Positions 37,526 through 49,590 are shown, counted from the whole stretch's first letter. The stretch: DNA of 63,548 nt, filler included, from Lenisia limosa (GCA_001655205.1; 6 parts of 6 records of this genome joined end to end with filler, not necessarily neighbours in it), one strand, 5' to 3'. Program-made: numbers and translations. The notes: generated from the sequence alone by a model not told the origin.

Positions 37526-40500
37526 CGGCTCTTACAGGATCAAGAGCCTCACAGGGGGCCTTGGTGGAAACTATTCTCAAGACCGGGAACCAAGTGGGTC
37601 AAGTTGAGAGACAAAGTTACTCTTAAAACAGCTATGTTTTGTCTGATTTTATCACAATTCGGCGTTTTCCTTAGTGCATCATTTATTGCATATCAACACA
37701 GATATCCATTTTATTCTGCTCTAATATTATTCATCATTATTGGTTCAACTCACTGTGCTTTATGTTTCATATCCACGATCAGATGCTCTGTTTAATTCAA
37801 CCTTGTTTATGCTGAAGATTCAATATAATGGGCTTATTTCCGTATTGTGCTAGACAAGTGCTCACCATACAGGCCATTGATCTTGTTAACGTCTTCGAAA
37901 ATGCCTTCATGTTGTCCCTGTACGGTGGCTTTGCAATCACCGCAGTTCTCACCCTATACATTTGGAGGAAAATCTTCAAGTCCTTCAAAGCAATAGTGAG
38001 TTGAGTGTGCTTTTTGAAGATACATGGATGATATGATCAGAATAAGTTTATAATCTACCAAGCTAGATGATCCGTTTGTTTTACATACAGTGACCATGGT
38101 AATTTTGATCAATCTTTCCATATTTTACTTCAATGAAATTGGTCAAGATTTCACTTTTTAATACTTGATCTTATAACCTAGAGTATGACTGTTCGATTGG
38201 GCCAAAGGTGGTTTGGAGAAAGGTGAGTTCCACAGCATAGATATAGGTTTCCCCCGAAATTGTGCAATTTATTGAGATAAATTAACGCATTGTAACTGAA
38301 ATATTTCAGATAGTTTAGTTTTGTTCTCTCCTGTAACCAATTTCCTACTTTCTGTGATTTTTGTTTTATTTGCTCTCCCCTGAATTGCAAGTATTTGGCT
38401 TTCATATTCCAAGATTATTATCAGTTCTTCTTTTCATTAAGTTACTCTTTTAGGTCGGATTTCCCACCCCATACAGTGTCCACTTACACCGGGCACCAGT
38501 GCGGGCGATTCATCCTTTTCCAGGTGATTGCTGCGAATTCTCTGCTGAGTTTATTCATTTGCCCTTTTCCAAGTAAAGTGTTAATTATGTTAAATAAGTA
38601 TTATACACTGGTTATTTTCGATATTTTACTCCATTCCTCCCCCAGGTGTTTTGCACGTTTGTGGTTGCTGTCGGTCTTTTGTTGTGGCAATTCTTCCCAG
38701 TGGATGTCTATGATAAAGCAACTGAAGCGGGCAAACAGGCAATCTTTGTTCTATGTAGGGGGGCTTTAATTTAGTATCACTGATATTACACACATATACA
38801 GTGACCAGGATAAGTCTTGACCGTTTTGCTTTGTGATTTCCCAAGGAAAATAGGTCAATACTTATCCCAGGCACTGTACATACAACATAGTACACACACA
38901 CACAGAGAGAGAGAGAGAGACAGACAGACAGAGACGAGACACACACACACACACACACAAATACTATCATATGTACATACACACAACAAAAACACAGTCT
39001 GGGTACTTCAATGTGGTCACATAAAATGGAACTATGTTGGGGACTGCACTAACTTTTCCAGCATAGTCTTACACCCCTCTGTAGTTTCCATTGCCTTCCT
39101 GAACAAGATGATTGTGTTCCTTGTTACTGAACACCTTGTTACTGATGGCAAAGAGAGAATCCATTTGTGGGGAGGAGGCACTTGATCTTGTGTTGTATTT
39201 TTCTGGCGTAAATTATTTATGAGATTGTTTTTCAAACCAAAATAATTCTCTAATTTACAGACGGCATGCTTTCTCGATTTTGGACTTTGTGGCCATTTTT
39301 CTCAACTTCATTGGGGGCATTTTCGTGGCCATTTTGATGTTTATTGCAGACGTCAAGAAGGTGAACGGGCTTTTAGTAACACTCTTTGTATTCTTGATTT
39401 CCTTGCTTTTATTTCCTCTCTATTTTTTTTTTATGTCGTTTTAAACCCAGTATTTTTTTTGTTTATTGTTTCATATTTATTTACCATTTTCACTACGCTG
39501 GAGTGATGGGAGGCGGTGCTGCAGAAGCTGGAGTGATGGGATGCGGTTGCAGAAGCNNNNNNNNNNNNNNNNNNNNNNNNNNNNNNNNNNNNNNNNNNNN
39601 NNNNNNNNNNNNNNNNNNNNNNNNNNNNNNNNNNAAAACATTTCCCTTGCTTTTTAACGCCTTACAGGTTCAAAGGCTGGCTCAGGCTTGTTTTTGTTTT
39701 GTGTTTTTGTCATCTGGCATGTTTGTTATTGCTTGTTTTTTGTTTTTTGTTTGTTTGGAGTTTCAGATTATTTGGTTNNNNNNNNNNNNNNNNNNNNNNN
39801 NNNNNNNNNNNNNNNNNNNNNNNNNNNNNNNNNNNNNNNNNNNNNNNNNNNNNNNNNNNNNNNNNNNNNNNNNNNNNNNNNNNNNNNNNNNNNNNNNNNN
39901 NNNNNNNNNNNNNNNNNNNNNNNNNNNNNNNATGACAGTGGACGAGCGTGACCCCGCATTCCCAACTTCGGAGGGATTTGCCGCTTGTCGGTGGCGAGTT
40001 TGGTTAAAATATGAACTATAACCGTCCTGTGAATAGCCATCCACAGTACCACGCTTTTATGCGCTATTATCGACAACTGCTGACTATTTTATTTGCCTTA
40101 CCCAAGTAATAGAACCTGAAACAAACTCTCACGTAATAGAACCCTTATTCACATTTTAGTAATGTCAATGTCACATTTTAGTTATGTCAATGGCACTCAT
40201 CCACCATCGAGCAAACAACACCCTTGTCGTTGCCTGTGTCAATATGCTGGCTAAAGGTGGGAGAGGGTGGGAGGAGTAATATTTTCTAAAGGTGGGGGAG
40301 GTAGTGAATCTCTATGAGCAAGGATTTCACACTAGATGCGCATAACACTCTATGGCATATACAAGCTCTATCATATGATATACCTATATGTTTGATGACA
40401 TAGAAGCACAAATATGGTCTGAGTGATAATCCTCCCACACATGAGCTGTAGCAACAAGTCTCCCACACATGAGCTGTAGCACAAGTCTCACCCTGTAGAC

Positions 40501-40796
40501 ATGTACGCGATAAGGGACGGGAAGTTGCCCATGATCCAGCCCAACCCAGCCAAAGCCAGGTGGGAGTGCACACCAACCTTCCCTCGATCAGAAACTACTA
40601 TTATTATGATATGATAATAGCATAGTAATCACATCATAAGCACTTGCTCACGACCTAAAGGTGGCGCAAATTCTACACCATCATCAAGAACCCTGAGATT
40701 GCGGCTTCCTCAAAAGGCAACCAAGGCTTTGACGAGTTCTGGGAAAACCCCCAGGATACTGATGGTGCATGGGGGGTGTTTTGTGACATCATTTAG
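37526..40796 (+). CDS. STRA6 / RBPR2 (STRA6L)-like multi-pass membrane protein (RBP_receptor family); 5' truncated
   Basis: Exons in family order: HTVSTYTGHQCGRFILFQVFCTFVVAVGLLLWQFFP; RHAFSILDFVAIFLNFIGGIFVAILMFI; ALIHHRANNTLVVACVNMLAK; PNPAKAR|WRKFYTIIKNPEI...CDII* (TAG 40794-40796). Confidence 0.72.
38088..38155. mobile_element. MITE family C, old degenerate copy
   Basis: TA|CAGTGACCATGGTAATTTTGATC ... GGTCAAGATTT. Confidence 0.45.
38799..38876. mobile_element. Tc1/mariner-type MITE (family C) with TA target duplication
   Basis: TA|CAGTGACCAGGATAAGTCTTGACC ... GGTCAATACTTATCCCAGGCACTG|TA; 24-nt TIRs, 78 bp. Confidence 0.88.
39493..39556 (+). repeat. Intronic repeat family A, 5' module duplicated, in a STRA6-like intron
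   Basis: GCTGGAGTGATGGGAGGCGGTGCTGCAGAA GCTGGAGTGATGGGATGCGGTTGCAGAAGC, then masked sequence, then the acceptor TTACAG at ~39667. Confidence 0.8.
40432..40498 (+). repeat. Tandem 27-28-nt duplication just upstream of a 3' splice site
   Basis: CTCCCACACATGAGCTGTAGCAACAAGT CTCCCACACATGAGCTGTAGCACAAGT CTCACCCTGTAG|exon. Confidence 0.85.
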
Positions 40797-40931
40797 CACT
40801 TCCCTAAAGACTATCTTCATTAGTTAAAAGAATAAAATAGCGATATTTGTCGTGGATTCATCGAGAAATTCCGTCTCAAAAATATGTCCTCAATTATTAA
40901 TCAAAGTAGGGGCATAATATTGATGTCATTT

Positions 40932-41018
40932 TAGGGCTTCACATCAGTTCGAAAAAAACGACAAAATATCGATATTTTTCGAGGATTTAGTCTTTCTTCG
41001 AACCGATGTGAAGCCCTA
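40932..41018. mobile_element. MITE family B (TAGGGCTTCAC...GTGAAGCCCTA), intact copy
   Basis: About 22-nt terminal inverted repeats TAGGGCTTCACATCAGTTCGAA / TTCGAACCGATGTGAAGCCCTA; flanks GTCATTT / GTCATAT. Confidence 0.88.
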
Positions 41019-41650
41019 GTCATATTCCAAAATCTAAACGACTTAGAATAGGATTTCTCTCAANNNNNNNNNNNNNNNNNNNNNNNNNNNNNNNNNNNNN
41101 NNNNNNNNNNNNNNNNNNNNNNNNNNNNNNNNNNNNNNNNNNNNNNNNNNNNNNNNNNNNNNNNNNNNNNNNNNNNNNNNNNNNNNNNNNNNNNNNNNNN
41201 NNNNNNNNNNNNNNNNNNNNNNNNNNNNNNNNNNNNNNNNNNNNNNNNNNNNNNNNNNNTTGTTGCGGTCTTTTTCTTCCATAATATTCTATCACGTATT
41301 CATCATTGTAGTTCTATTCTTCATTGGAATATTGTTCACTGTTCACCATTGTAGTTCGAGTCCGCTGTGTAGCTTAGGAATGTAGTAGGAAATGTATGTA
41401 TTCGATAGCGATGTTTCACACTGCCCATTATCTCCAAAGCAATTACTAATTTAATGAGCATATCACTTTTATGTTCTTTTCACACGTGTGAACTATCATT
41501 TTCCACGCAGTGATATGATACCTCATATCCCCTCGTATGATAATCTTTGTTTATCATTTCGACGCGAAAGTCGGTCATATGACCCCAACCTCAGTACTGC
41601 CCTCAATTGGAACATACGAAAAAGACGTGGTATCAAAAAAACGAACAACC

Positions 41651-41790
41651 CTAATATCGCGACTGGTATCGTGACGCGAACCGGTCCTCTCGCTCGGCCT
41701 TGGGGCGGCGGCGGTAATCCTCGCGTGCCGAGCCTTGACGGTAGGAGCCCCGCTCGCTGTTGAAGGCCTCCGCTGCCGGCGTGAGGTGTG
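41651..41790 (-). CDS. Terminal exon of an unidentified minus-strand gene
   Basis: Open frame AAEAFNSERGSYRQGSAREDYRRRPKAEREDRFASRYQSRY* in GC-rich sequence after a pyrimidine-rich stretch; the rest lies beyond the scaffold end. Confidence 0.4.
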
Positions 41791-41899
41791 GTTTTGGGGT
41801 GAGAAAGGAAAATAAATACCTACGAGATCTACCGTACAATCCAAGAAAAAAACCCNNNNNNNNNNNNNNNNNNNNNNNNNNNNNNNNNNNNNNNNNNNN

Positions 41900-41911
41900 T
41901 TAATTAATTAA
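41900..41911. other. Artificial scaffold-joining spacer
   Basis: TTAATTAATTAA flanked by 44 N on each side. Confidence 0.97.
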
Positions 41912-41955
41912 NNNNNNNNNNNNNNNNNNNNNNNNNNNNNNNNNNNNNNNNNNNN

Positions 41956-44810
41956 GTCGCGGGCTGTTTTCGGATTGACCTTCTGGGACTTTGGTCTTTC
42001 CGCCATTTTGCGAGCCTTAGTAGCCGGAAGGGCCCAATCTACAAAATTAGCGAGATATGCGATGGAAGATGTGTTTTAGGTCTATTGTATCTAATATTAC
42101 TGAGGATCAGTTCTTGTCTCTATTAGGGCTTCACTTCGGTTCGAAAAAAGACTGAATGTATCGATAAATCTAAAAACCATGGATAATTCCCCGTTGTTTT
42201 TGGAACCGAAGGGAAGCCTTAATTATTTTACAAATTCCACCTGAGGACTATTTTTAAGAGAGAAGAATTCGGCCCCACCTGAGGACGAAAGTGACTTTGC
42301 CTTCTGGAGGCCTGGGGGGAGGTCATCTCTGAGGCTTGGTGGCGACAGAAGAGTGTGCGAGGGTCGGAGGCGGGGGGATCGATGTGACGTTCTGGAAAAT
42401 TGGGAAATCACGAGGTTGATAACAAAAAAAGCCGAGGCCAGTCGCTTTTGCAGCACCGCATCCCATCGAATTGGAAAATTTATGAAACGTTAAAAGGCGC
42501 AGCGGTTGTATGCCCTGGGGTATGCGCCTGGGAGACCCCCAACCGCTCATTTTCCGTTCTCAGCTGGCTGAAGTCCAACTTGGGCGGCCGCAGTGGCCCG
42601 GGGTGCTGCTGCATTCTGGGGGAATAAGAAGGGCTTCACTTCGGTTCGAAAAATACTGGGAAAATATCGATAGTTATCGAGGATTTATCAAGGATTATTT
42701 CGAACTAAAGTGAAGCTCTTGGAATAAGGCAAAATGACATTTTCCTGTAGCACGCAATAAAAAAAGAGTAAAAGTTACATTGTCTCCCATATTTTCCTGT
42801 TAAAAATTCAAAAGACAACAAAACAAAGAGCTTCTTAATCTCCAGAGAACCACGAGTGTAATAGGCCACATACATACACATCTATGTATACACGTTTATT
42901 GAAGAACAATAGAGGAATAGTAAAAAAACAAAAACAGCATAAATATAAAACAAGCCAGAGCAATGTTGGCGCACTTACATCACGCTTACCTGATTTTTTC
43001 ACCAATGTGACATTTTCAACCAAATGGGAGGCTTGTAGGCTGCAGGCTGTGGTCTCAGATCTAAGAGGAGAAGTGGGTATTTCGGTATTGAGAGTTTTGG
43101 TATTTGCCTGGTGTTGTGCGTTATATTTTAAGCAAAATGAAACATTGGAACGATGGAGAGGATCTCGAGGATTGCATGATGCCTTGATGATGCCAAAACG
43201 CCAAAAACAAAAACGCCCTCTCAAAGAACAGTGATCGCTAGATCTATAGTTTGTGAGACTCAGGCAAGCCCACAGCATGCCCACAGCCACAGTTCAAAGT
43301 TATTTGGATATGAGTGTAATATATGTGTTTTTATATTAAATATGTAGTCATAGAGGTGTAAGTAAACACACGATGTGTTCTTATTGAAATGAAACGACCT
43401 TTTTCAACCCTTTTGTGCTTCCTTCTTCATGGTAGGCCTGGATTTGCTATTATTTCAAATTAATATGATGTAATTACACCATAGTTGCGTTGATCGTTTC
43501 CGGGGAGGAAGGCCTGAGCATATTCAAGCTTCCTACTCTTGCTCTCCTGGAGGTTCCTGTCACGGCTGATCTTCATTCGGTCATAGGGAATGGGTGGCAG
43601 AGTAAAATGGAGCTTCCGTTTGGTAATAAGGCTCAATTGCAAATGGAATGATGGTCCGTGATTCTAGAATATCCATTGTTATTGTTCAAAGACTGTGTAA
43701 AATAAATAGATACACATAGATGTAATTTTTGTTGTTATTTTTTAATACACATCAATAGTTTGTTTGTGATATGTTATTTGTTGTCTTCATTGTGCGACTC
43801 ATTCCAACGTTTTCTTTTTCTTTTTCTTTTTTTACCTAGTGCAAGGAATAGGCAGGGCTTATCAACAAATTGTCTTTTTGTGGACTGTTTTGAATGAAGA
43901 GGCTGTATCATTGAACTTTGTTTTTATTTTCCGTCTTAGGGTTTTGGTGTTTGTATTGAATTTCTGGATATCCTAAGGAAGTGATAAATTTGAGAGCCTT
44001 CTTTAATTGGGTTTAATGATTTAGTCTTTCACATTATGATTTGTTCGCAGTTTTTGTTGAGTGACTGATTATATCTTCCTCCACATGCTATCCTTATCCC
44101 AGTGCTGCAACGTTCTCAATTCTCCAGACATACCCGGACTTGTTAGAAATTGCTGACGCGTCTGATTTGTCCGTTTTTGGAGGCGGTTTTGTGCAGTTAC
44201 GTCAGACTGGTGAGACTGGTTGCGATTTTTGGCGTTGTGGTAGTGTTATAACGCCGTTTATTAATTTCCATTTCCACGCAGTGTATTGAGTTATTCAATA
44301 ACCTGAACCGTTGCGTTTTTCATCACCAGCTTTCACTCTTTACCCGTTTTTAGGTGTAATCAAAGTCATATCAGATGTTGAAGGCAATTTTGAGTTTTCA
44401 AGCTGTCCGTCAGGAGTTATTGCGATAAGTTGAAGGGGGGAATTGATAATACATTGCTAATGTAACAGTTAGTTATCACTATTCCAACTGTTTAGATGGG
44501 GAAGAACTGAAGGCCACGTGCTCAACGCCTGTAACATTCTCCTTTGTAAGCGTGAAGCTGTTTCTCTGATAGATTGCGCATTTATCATACATTTAAGCTC
44601 GAAATGTGTAAATCTCCCACTCATTACTCCTTTAGTCCTCTTCCAAAGACGAAAAGCACCAGCTGAGGCTAAATTGGCTGAATTCTTCTGGCGAAACTCC
44701 ACAGTTGTCGGTTCGATTCCAAAATGTCAACTCAGGGTCTTTGCGGACTTTGGATAACTTCTTCACTTTCAGCACTCCGGGTGAGGGTTGTCGTACTTTG
44801 CTTGTCATCG
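41956..44810 (-). CDS. Unidentified low-complexity multi-exon protein; 3' truncated
   Basis: In-phase spliced exons PGPLRPPKLDFSQLRTENER / TSHRSPRLRPSHTLLSPPSLRDDLPPGLQKAKSLSSS / DWALPATKARKMAERPKSQKVNPKTARD, and upstream KRKLHFTLPPIPYDRMKISRDRNLQE. The start is uncertain. Confidence 0.5.
42124..42221. mobile_element. MITE family B copy (intronic)
   Basis: TAGGGCTTCACTTCGGTTCGAA ... GGAACCGAAGGGAAGCCTTA. Confidence 0.85.
42394..42490 (-). repeat. Intronic repeat family A, rearranged copy ending at the 3' splice site
   Basis: Sense strand GATGGGATGCGGTGCTGCAAAAGCGACTGGCC...TTGTTATCAACCTCGTG...CCCAATTTTCCAG|exon. Confidence 0.8.
42630..42719. mobile_element. MITE family B copy
   Basis: AGGGCTTCACTTCGGTTCGAA ... 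TTCGAACTAAAGTGAAGCTCT. Confidence 0.82.
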
Positions 44811-45533
44811 AGTGACATGTGACATGTAATTTACTACGTTAAGGATATTTAAAGTTGTTTTATTGTGATATTTACTGTAATACCAAGAAATGTCGTTTTT
44901 TTTTTTCGTATGCTAAAGATTGGTACAATTTTTTTTATGAAAATAGAAATGACTGATGTCATACCGGTGTGGCCTTCTAACAGTGCGATAACAGCGGGTG
45001 ATGAGCACCTGTGAGCTTGGATTCTGGCTGATCTTTGGATCTTTTTTGTGATGATGGGATTTTATAATACAAAAGGTAGTAATTGGAAAAGACTTTTAGA
45101 TCTTAACTTACCCTTTAACCAAACAAAAGACCACTATATATTTGAAAATTGTGATTTCTTCTACTGATTGATATTTACGGCTCTAGACACGCAATAGAGC
45201 TAGTCACCAGCTATGGTGATTTCTATCCCTACCTTGTATCATGTTTTGCTGAAGCACTGTAAGGGGGGTGGGGGTGGAATTTATCAATTACATTGAGATT
45301 AAATATTTTATTATATGGTATTTCAACAGGGTTGGTATTGTATGAGGGGAACCTCTATTTCTAACAGCCTCTCACCTCGTATCATTAAGGGACTGTGAGG
45401 GAAATGTAAATATTATTTCTGTTATATTTTGATTCATCCTTTGAATCAGAGTGGACATGTTTTTCAATTCCTGTGTATTCAATAGTTTTCCCTTCAACCC
45501 CCCTCACAATTCAGACCCCTTCAACTCAGTAAA

Positions 45534-47872
45534 ATGGGTCTCTGCTCCACCAAGGAGATTATCACCAAATCGGGTAAGTTTTCAGATGATGCAAGTAACA
45601 CCCTCGTGGTGTTTCTAATCCCAATATTTTATTCTTACCCCACCCCAGGTGAGCATATTTACGAGTACGTCACGAGTGTACCGGGCAAAACTCTTACAAA
45701 TGACGTGACGGTGGGACGTTTTTGATTGACCATGTTTTTGTTTGTTTCCATCAGAAATCATTATGTCTATACCAGCAATGGATAGAATAATAGATTTTGA
45801 TACTTGACTCTGACCCCCCATAGATATCCGTCGCCACCACAGTTCCAGTGATGGCCAATGTAACGTGCCCTTCTTCTTGTGAGCTTGGGGGTATGGGGTT
45901 CTATCCTGTGAGCTTGTTTGAACATGATTTTCATGCGTTGAATTATTGAATCTCTCAGGGTTTTCTCACATAATCCTTTAACGATGGGATTTCCTGTTGA
46001 GAGCCTGTGTTAATATGTCAACGTTTTCGATGTTGTTCATTATTTCCACTCAACGCCCCTCCTCCCAGTGTTTGTTATTGCTTGTTTTTTGTTTGTTTGT
46101 TTGGAGTTTCAGATTATTTGGTTCGTGATTAGTACCTTTACGCCAATATACTTCATCGAAATTTCCTTTNNNNNNNNNNNNNNNNNNNNNNNNNNNNNNN
46201 NNNNNNNNNNNNNNNNNNNNNNNNNNNNNNNNNNNNNNNNNNNNNNNNNNNNNNNNNNNNNTGCGAAGACTCTTTTGGCAACCTTATTGAGCCTGCTGTG
46301 GGTCTCCTTGATCTCTGAAAGTACTCAGTACCTTCTATCTGCCGTTTTTATTGTGATTTTATTCTTTTTAGGACTGTGCTTCAGAGCTGAACCTTTTTGC
46401 CAAATTGGTTGGTTCAATAGGAAAACATATGATATTGTATAATATGTAGATATTGCTATATAATTTATTGTAAAAACCACCCAACAGGAAGCTGTGTATG
46501 AAATGATAAAAGCAAATATCTAAGGGAAGCTACATGCTATCGATATTTGTTCACCCTTCATAAATTGAATAGTGTTTATTTTAGTGTCTCAAGTGGTAAC
46601 GTTGTATCATAGTCCTACTTGAAGCAATATTACGCGTTTAGACCGATACAAGCCCCCAACTAAGTGTCGAGGAGCTGGACTGGGTCATTACAGGGTATCG
46701 GGGGGGGTATAAGATTGGTCTACTGCGGGGAGAGTTGTATGTAGGGCTTCACTTCAGTTCGAAAAAATACCACATTTCTCGATAAATCCTCGAAAACTAT
46801 CGATATTTTACCGATCATTTTCGAACCGAAGTNNNNNNNNNNATATATACAGTGACCGGGATAAGTCTTGACAATTTTCCTGAGGAAATCACATAGTAAA
46901 TCGGTCAAGACTTATTTACATGTAGTAATTACACGTGCTGTAGACACGATGAAGGCAAGCTAAACAAGATTGCTTCGTCTTTTCGTGGCCTGTTTTGATT
47001 TTCTGACATTTTAGTGTGGTCGGCCTAACGCAGCCCCGATACTGTGGGGGGGTTTAACATATTTACTGTTGGAAGGGGGAGTATTGGGTGCATTTCTCGA
47101 TAAATCCTCGAAAACTATCGATATTTTACCGATCATTTTCGAACCGAAGTGAAGCCCTAATTTTAGGCCTTTTGTAAGTATGCATAACACTATGGCTTCC
47201 CTATGGTCCGAAAAAGACCGGTTAAATATCGATATTTATCAAGGATTTATCGAGAAATTCAGTCTTTTTTGGGACCGTAGTGAACCCCTATAACACAAAT
47301 GTAAGATCAGACGTTTTACCCCCTTACAGGCCTTATGGGATCAGTAATGCTTTCGACGCTTGAAATGCTGAAGTTCTGTGCCCCTGGTCATATCATCGTA
47401 AGAGGAAAATATCTGGACCTTTTGTTATTTTCAAAATTATCTTTTTGATTTCAAGTAGCTGAATATCTCACCCCTACACCTCTCTTTCTCACTACACCCA
47501 CCTTTTTTTTTNNNNNNNNNNTTTTATAGGCTCATAAGTATTATTTATAATACTCTTCTTTATTAGCCTATTAGGCATCCGTCAAAATATGCTTACCTTT
47601 TCAGGCAAGTCACCCAGATTATTCCCTCTCGTCTTCGTCTTGTACAATCATGTTGACCCCTGAGTGTAATGAAGGAGTGATAGGTTAGTGATTTATTTGA
47701 AGCAAGAAACATGTATGGATAAGGGATCTAGAGTTTCTGATTTAAAAGCTAGTAATGCTGTTAGTTGATCAGTGGCTTTTTGTGATCATTTTTCATGAAG
47801 TCACCACTCACCACTGCAGGCTCAGCCCTTCTCACTCCTTTGGGCCCGTGTCAGGAATGCGGCCCGAATAGT
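45534..47872 (+). CDS. Unidentified multi-exon protein with a possible N-terminal myristoylation/palmitoylation motif; 3' truncated
   Basis: MGLCSTKEIITKS|GEHIYEYVTSVPGKTLTND|ISVATTVPVMANV; later exons SVEELDWVITG and GLMGSVMLSTLEMLKFCAPGHII with GT-AG boundaries. Confidence 0.45.
46742..46832. mobile_element. MITE family B copy; right end lost at a 10-N gap
   Basis: TAGGGCTTCACTTCAGTTCGAA ... TTTTCGAACCGAAGT, then N. Confidence 0.82.
46850..46922. mobile_element. MITE family C, second copy with degraded right end
   Basis: TA|CAGTGACCGGGATAAGTCTTGAC ... GGTCAAGACTTAT. Confidence 0.75.
47091..47159. mobile_element. MITE family B, right portion (duplicates 46772-46832)
   Basis: CATTTCTCGATAAATCCTCG...TTCGAACCGAAGTGAAGCCCTA. 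Confidence 0.8.
47191..47290. mobile_element. MITE family B copy with flanking direct repeat TAACAC
   Basis: TATGGCTTCCCTATGGTCC ... GGGACCGTAGTGAACCCCTA; TAACAC on both sides. Confidence 0.8.
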
Positions 47873-47916
47873 NNNNNNNNNNNNNNNNNNNNNNNNNNNN
47901 NNNNNNNNNNNNNNNN

Positions 47917-47928
47917 TTAATTAATTAA
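47917..47928. other. Artificial scaffold-joining spacer
   Basis: TTAATTAATTAA flanked by 44 N on each side. Confidence 0.97.
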
Positions 47929-47972
47929 NNNNNNNNNNNNNNNNNNNNNNNNNNNNNNNNNNNNNNNNNNNN

Positions 47973-49590
47973 CAGCCCTCCGGTTTAGGTGCACGTGACT
48001 CTTTGAGACTTGAGGCTGGCCTCTGCCTTTACGGCAACGACATTACAGAGGACGTGACCCCCATTGAGGGCGCCTTGGCCTGGACCATCGGTGTGTTTGC
48101 TTTCTTTTTTATTATTCTTATTTCTAATTCTCTTTTGTGAATCTGATATTGTTGGTAAAGATTCACCACGATACCGAATATATAAGATGCATATAGCTAT
48201 AGTATGCTGGGGAGGCATGCAAAAAGCTGTGTGCACAGAGTTGTAAGGCAAATAATTATAGTATATCGATATGCATATCATATTATACATGATATGCCCA
48301 CTTAGCACTAAACGTTTTTAGTTCTCTCTTTGTCGTCTGATAAACAGTCTGATATGTATATTATGATAATAAAAGTAATACATGTAATCCGATAGTCCAG
48401 CCTATCTCCACTCGCCACTAACCCCTCAGGCAAGCGTCGCCGTGAGAACCGTGACTTCCCTGGAGCCGACAAGATCATGGAACAGCTCACGACTAAGCAG
48501 TACCCCAAGGTGGGGGAGGGGGCGTTTTGAGAGCGATTACATTAGCAATATCAAGTAATACCCCAAGGTTTGTCATCGATTTATACTGTTATCTTTTAAA
48601 AGATAATAGTATAATCGATGACAAACCTTGGTACTTTCAGAGCAATTTACTGTTCCAATATCACTCATTTGTAAATTTTTTTTGGTATTTTTGCGTCTCT
48701 AGTTAAAAGAATAACAAGTAGCAAAAGTGATGTTTCTGACCCTTTAGCGCCGTATCGGATTTGTCACAAAGGGCCCCGCGGCTCGTGGTGAGGGGGTATG
48801 GCTAGGGCTTCACTTCGGTTTACTATAAACAGAATTACAGATCAATCCTTGATAAATATCGATATTACGAATCCTTTTTATACCAAAGTGACATCCTTTG
48901 TATTTAATATGTATTGTGACATATTATTCTCTTTGTTTTATGCTAAGTAATGCTAAATAAAATAGTAAGGGATCGGGAATTGGCCTGGGCTTTGTNNNNN
49001 NNNNNNNNNNNNNNNNNNNNNNNNNNNNNNNNNNNNNNNNNNNNNNGAAGTTTGAAATTACGTATTGTCAAGGACAAATATCAGTTATTAGACAATTTTT
49101 TTTCCCCCATAATTTTCCAATTTTTACCCCCCCCCCCTCTTAGAGGGAACGCCTATCCTTGATGATGAGGGCAACGCAGTGGGAAAGGTCACGTCTGGAG
49201 CGTTTGGCCCGACTTTCAAGGGCCCTGTCGGCATGGGCTATGTACCCAAAAGTGGGGGGGGGGGGNNNNNNNNNNNNNNNNNNNNNNNNNNNNNNNNNNN
49301 NNNNNNNNNNNNNNNNNNNNNNNNNNNNNNNNNNNNNNNNNNNNNNNNNNNNNNNNNNNNNNNNNNNNNNNNNNNNNNNNNNNNNNNNNNNNNNNNNNNN
49401 NNNNNNNNNNNNNNNGACACCTTAAATCATACGTCCTAATGTGTGTTTGTTTCCCTCGTCTCGAACCAATGCATATTTTTTAAAGAAATATTAACGGGTT
49501 CAGAGTTCATGAAGGCGGGCACCAAGCTCAACGTCGAAGTTCGCGGCAAACTGCGCCCCATTGAGGTTGTCAAGCTTCCCTTCGGTGAGA
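47973..49590 (+). CDS. AMT: Glycine cleavage system T protein (aminomethyltransferase), C-terminal half; 5' truncated
   Basis: [36 protein letters not shown] / [15 protein letters not shown] / RRIGF / [21 protein letters not shown] / [22 protein letters not shown]. The last exon was not resolved. Confidence 0.96.
48803..48898. mobile_element. MITE family B, degenerate copy in an AMT intron
   Basis: TAGGGCTTCACTTCGGTT ... ACCAAAGTGACATCCT, with the family core ATAAATATCGATAT. Confidence 0.7.

Noticed and set aside
36731-40796. Calmodulin-like gene adjacent to a calmodulin-binding STRA6-like gene, as a functional cluster
   Set aside because: They are separated by the artificial spacer at 37470, so the adjacency is not genomic. 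The EF-hand protein also looks like dynein LC4.
46772-47159. Nested or composite transposon: family B split by family C plus 250 bp
   Set aside because: The 61-nt exact duplication abuts a 10-N scaffolding gap. A repeat-induced assembly overlap is the simpler explanation, and reads are needed to say more.
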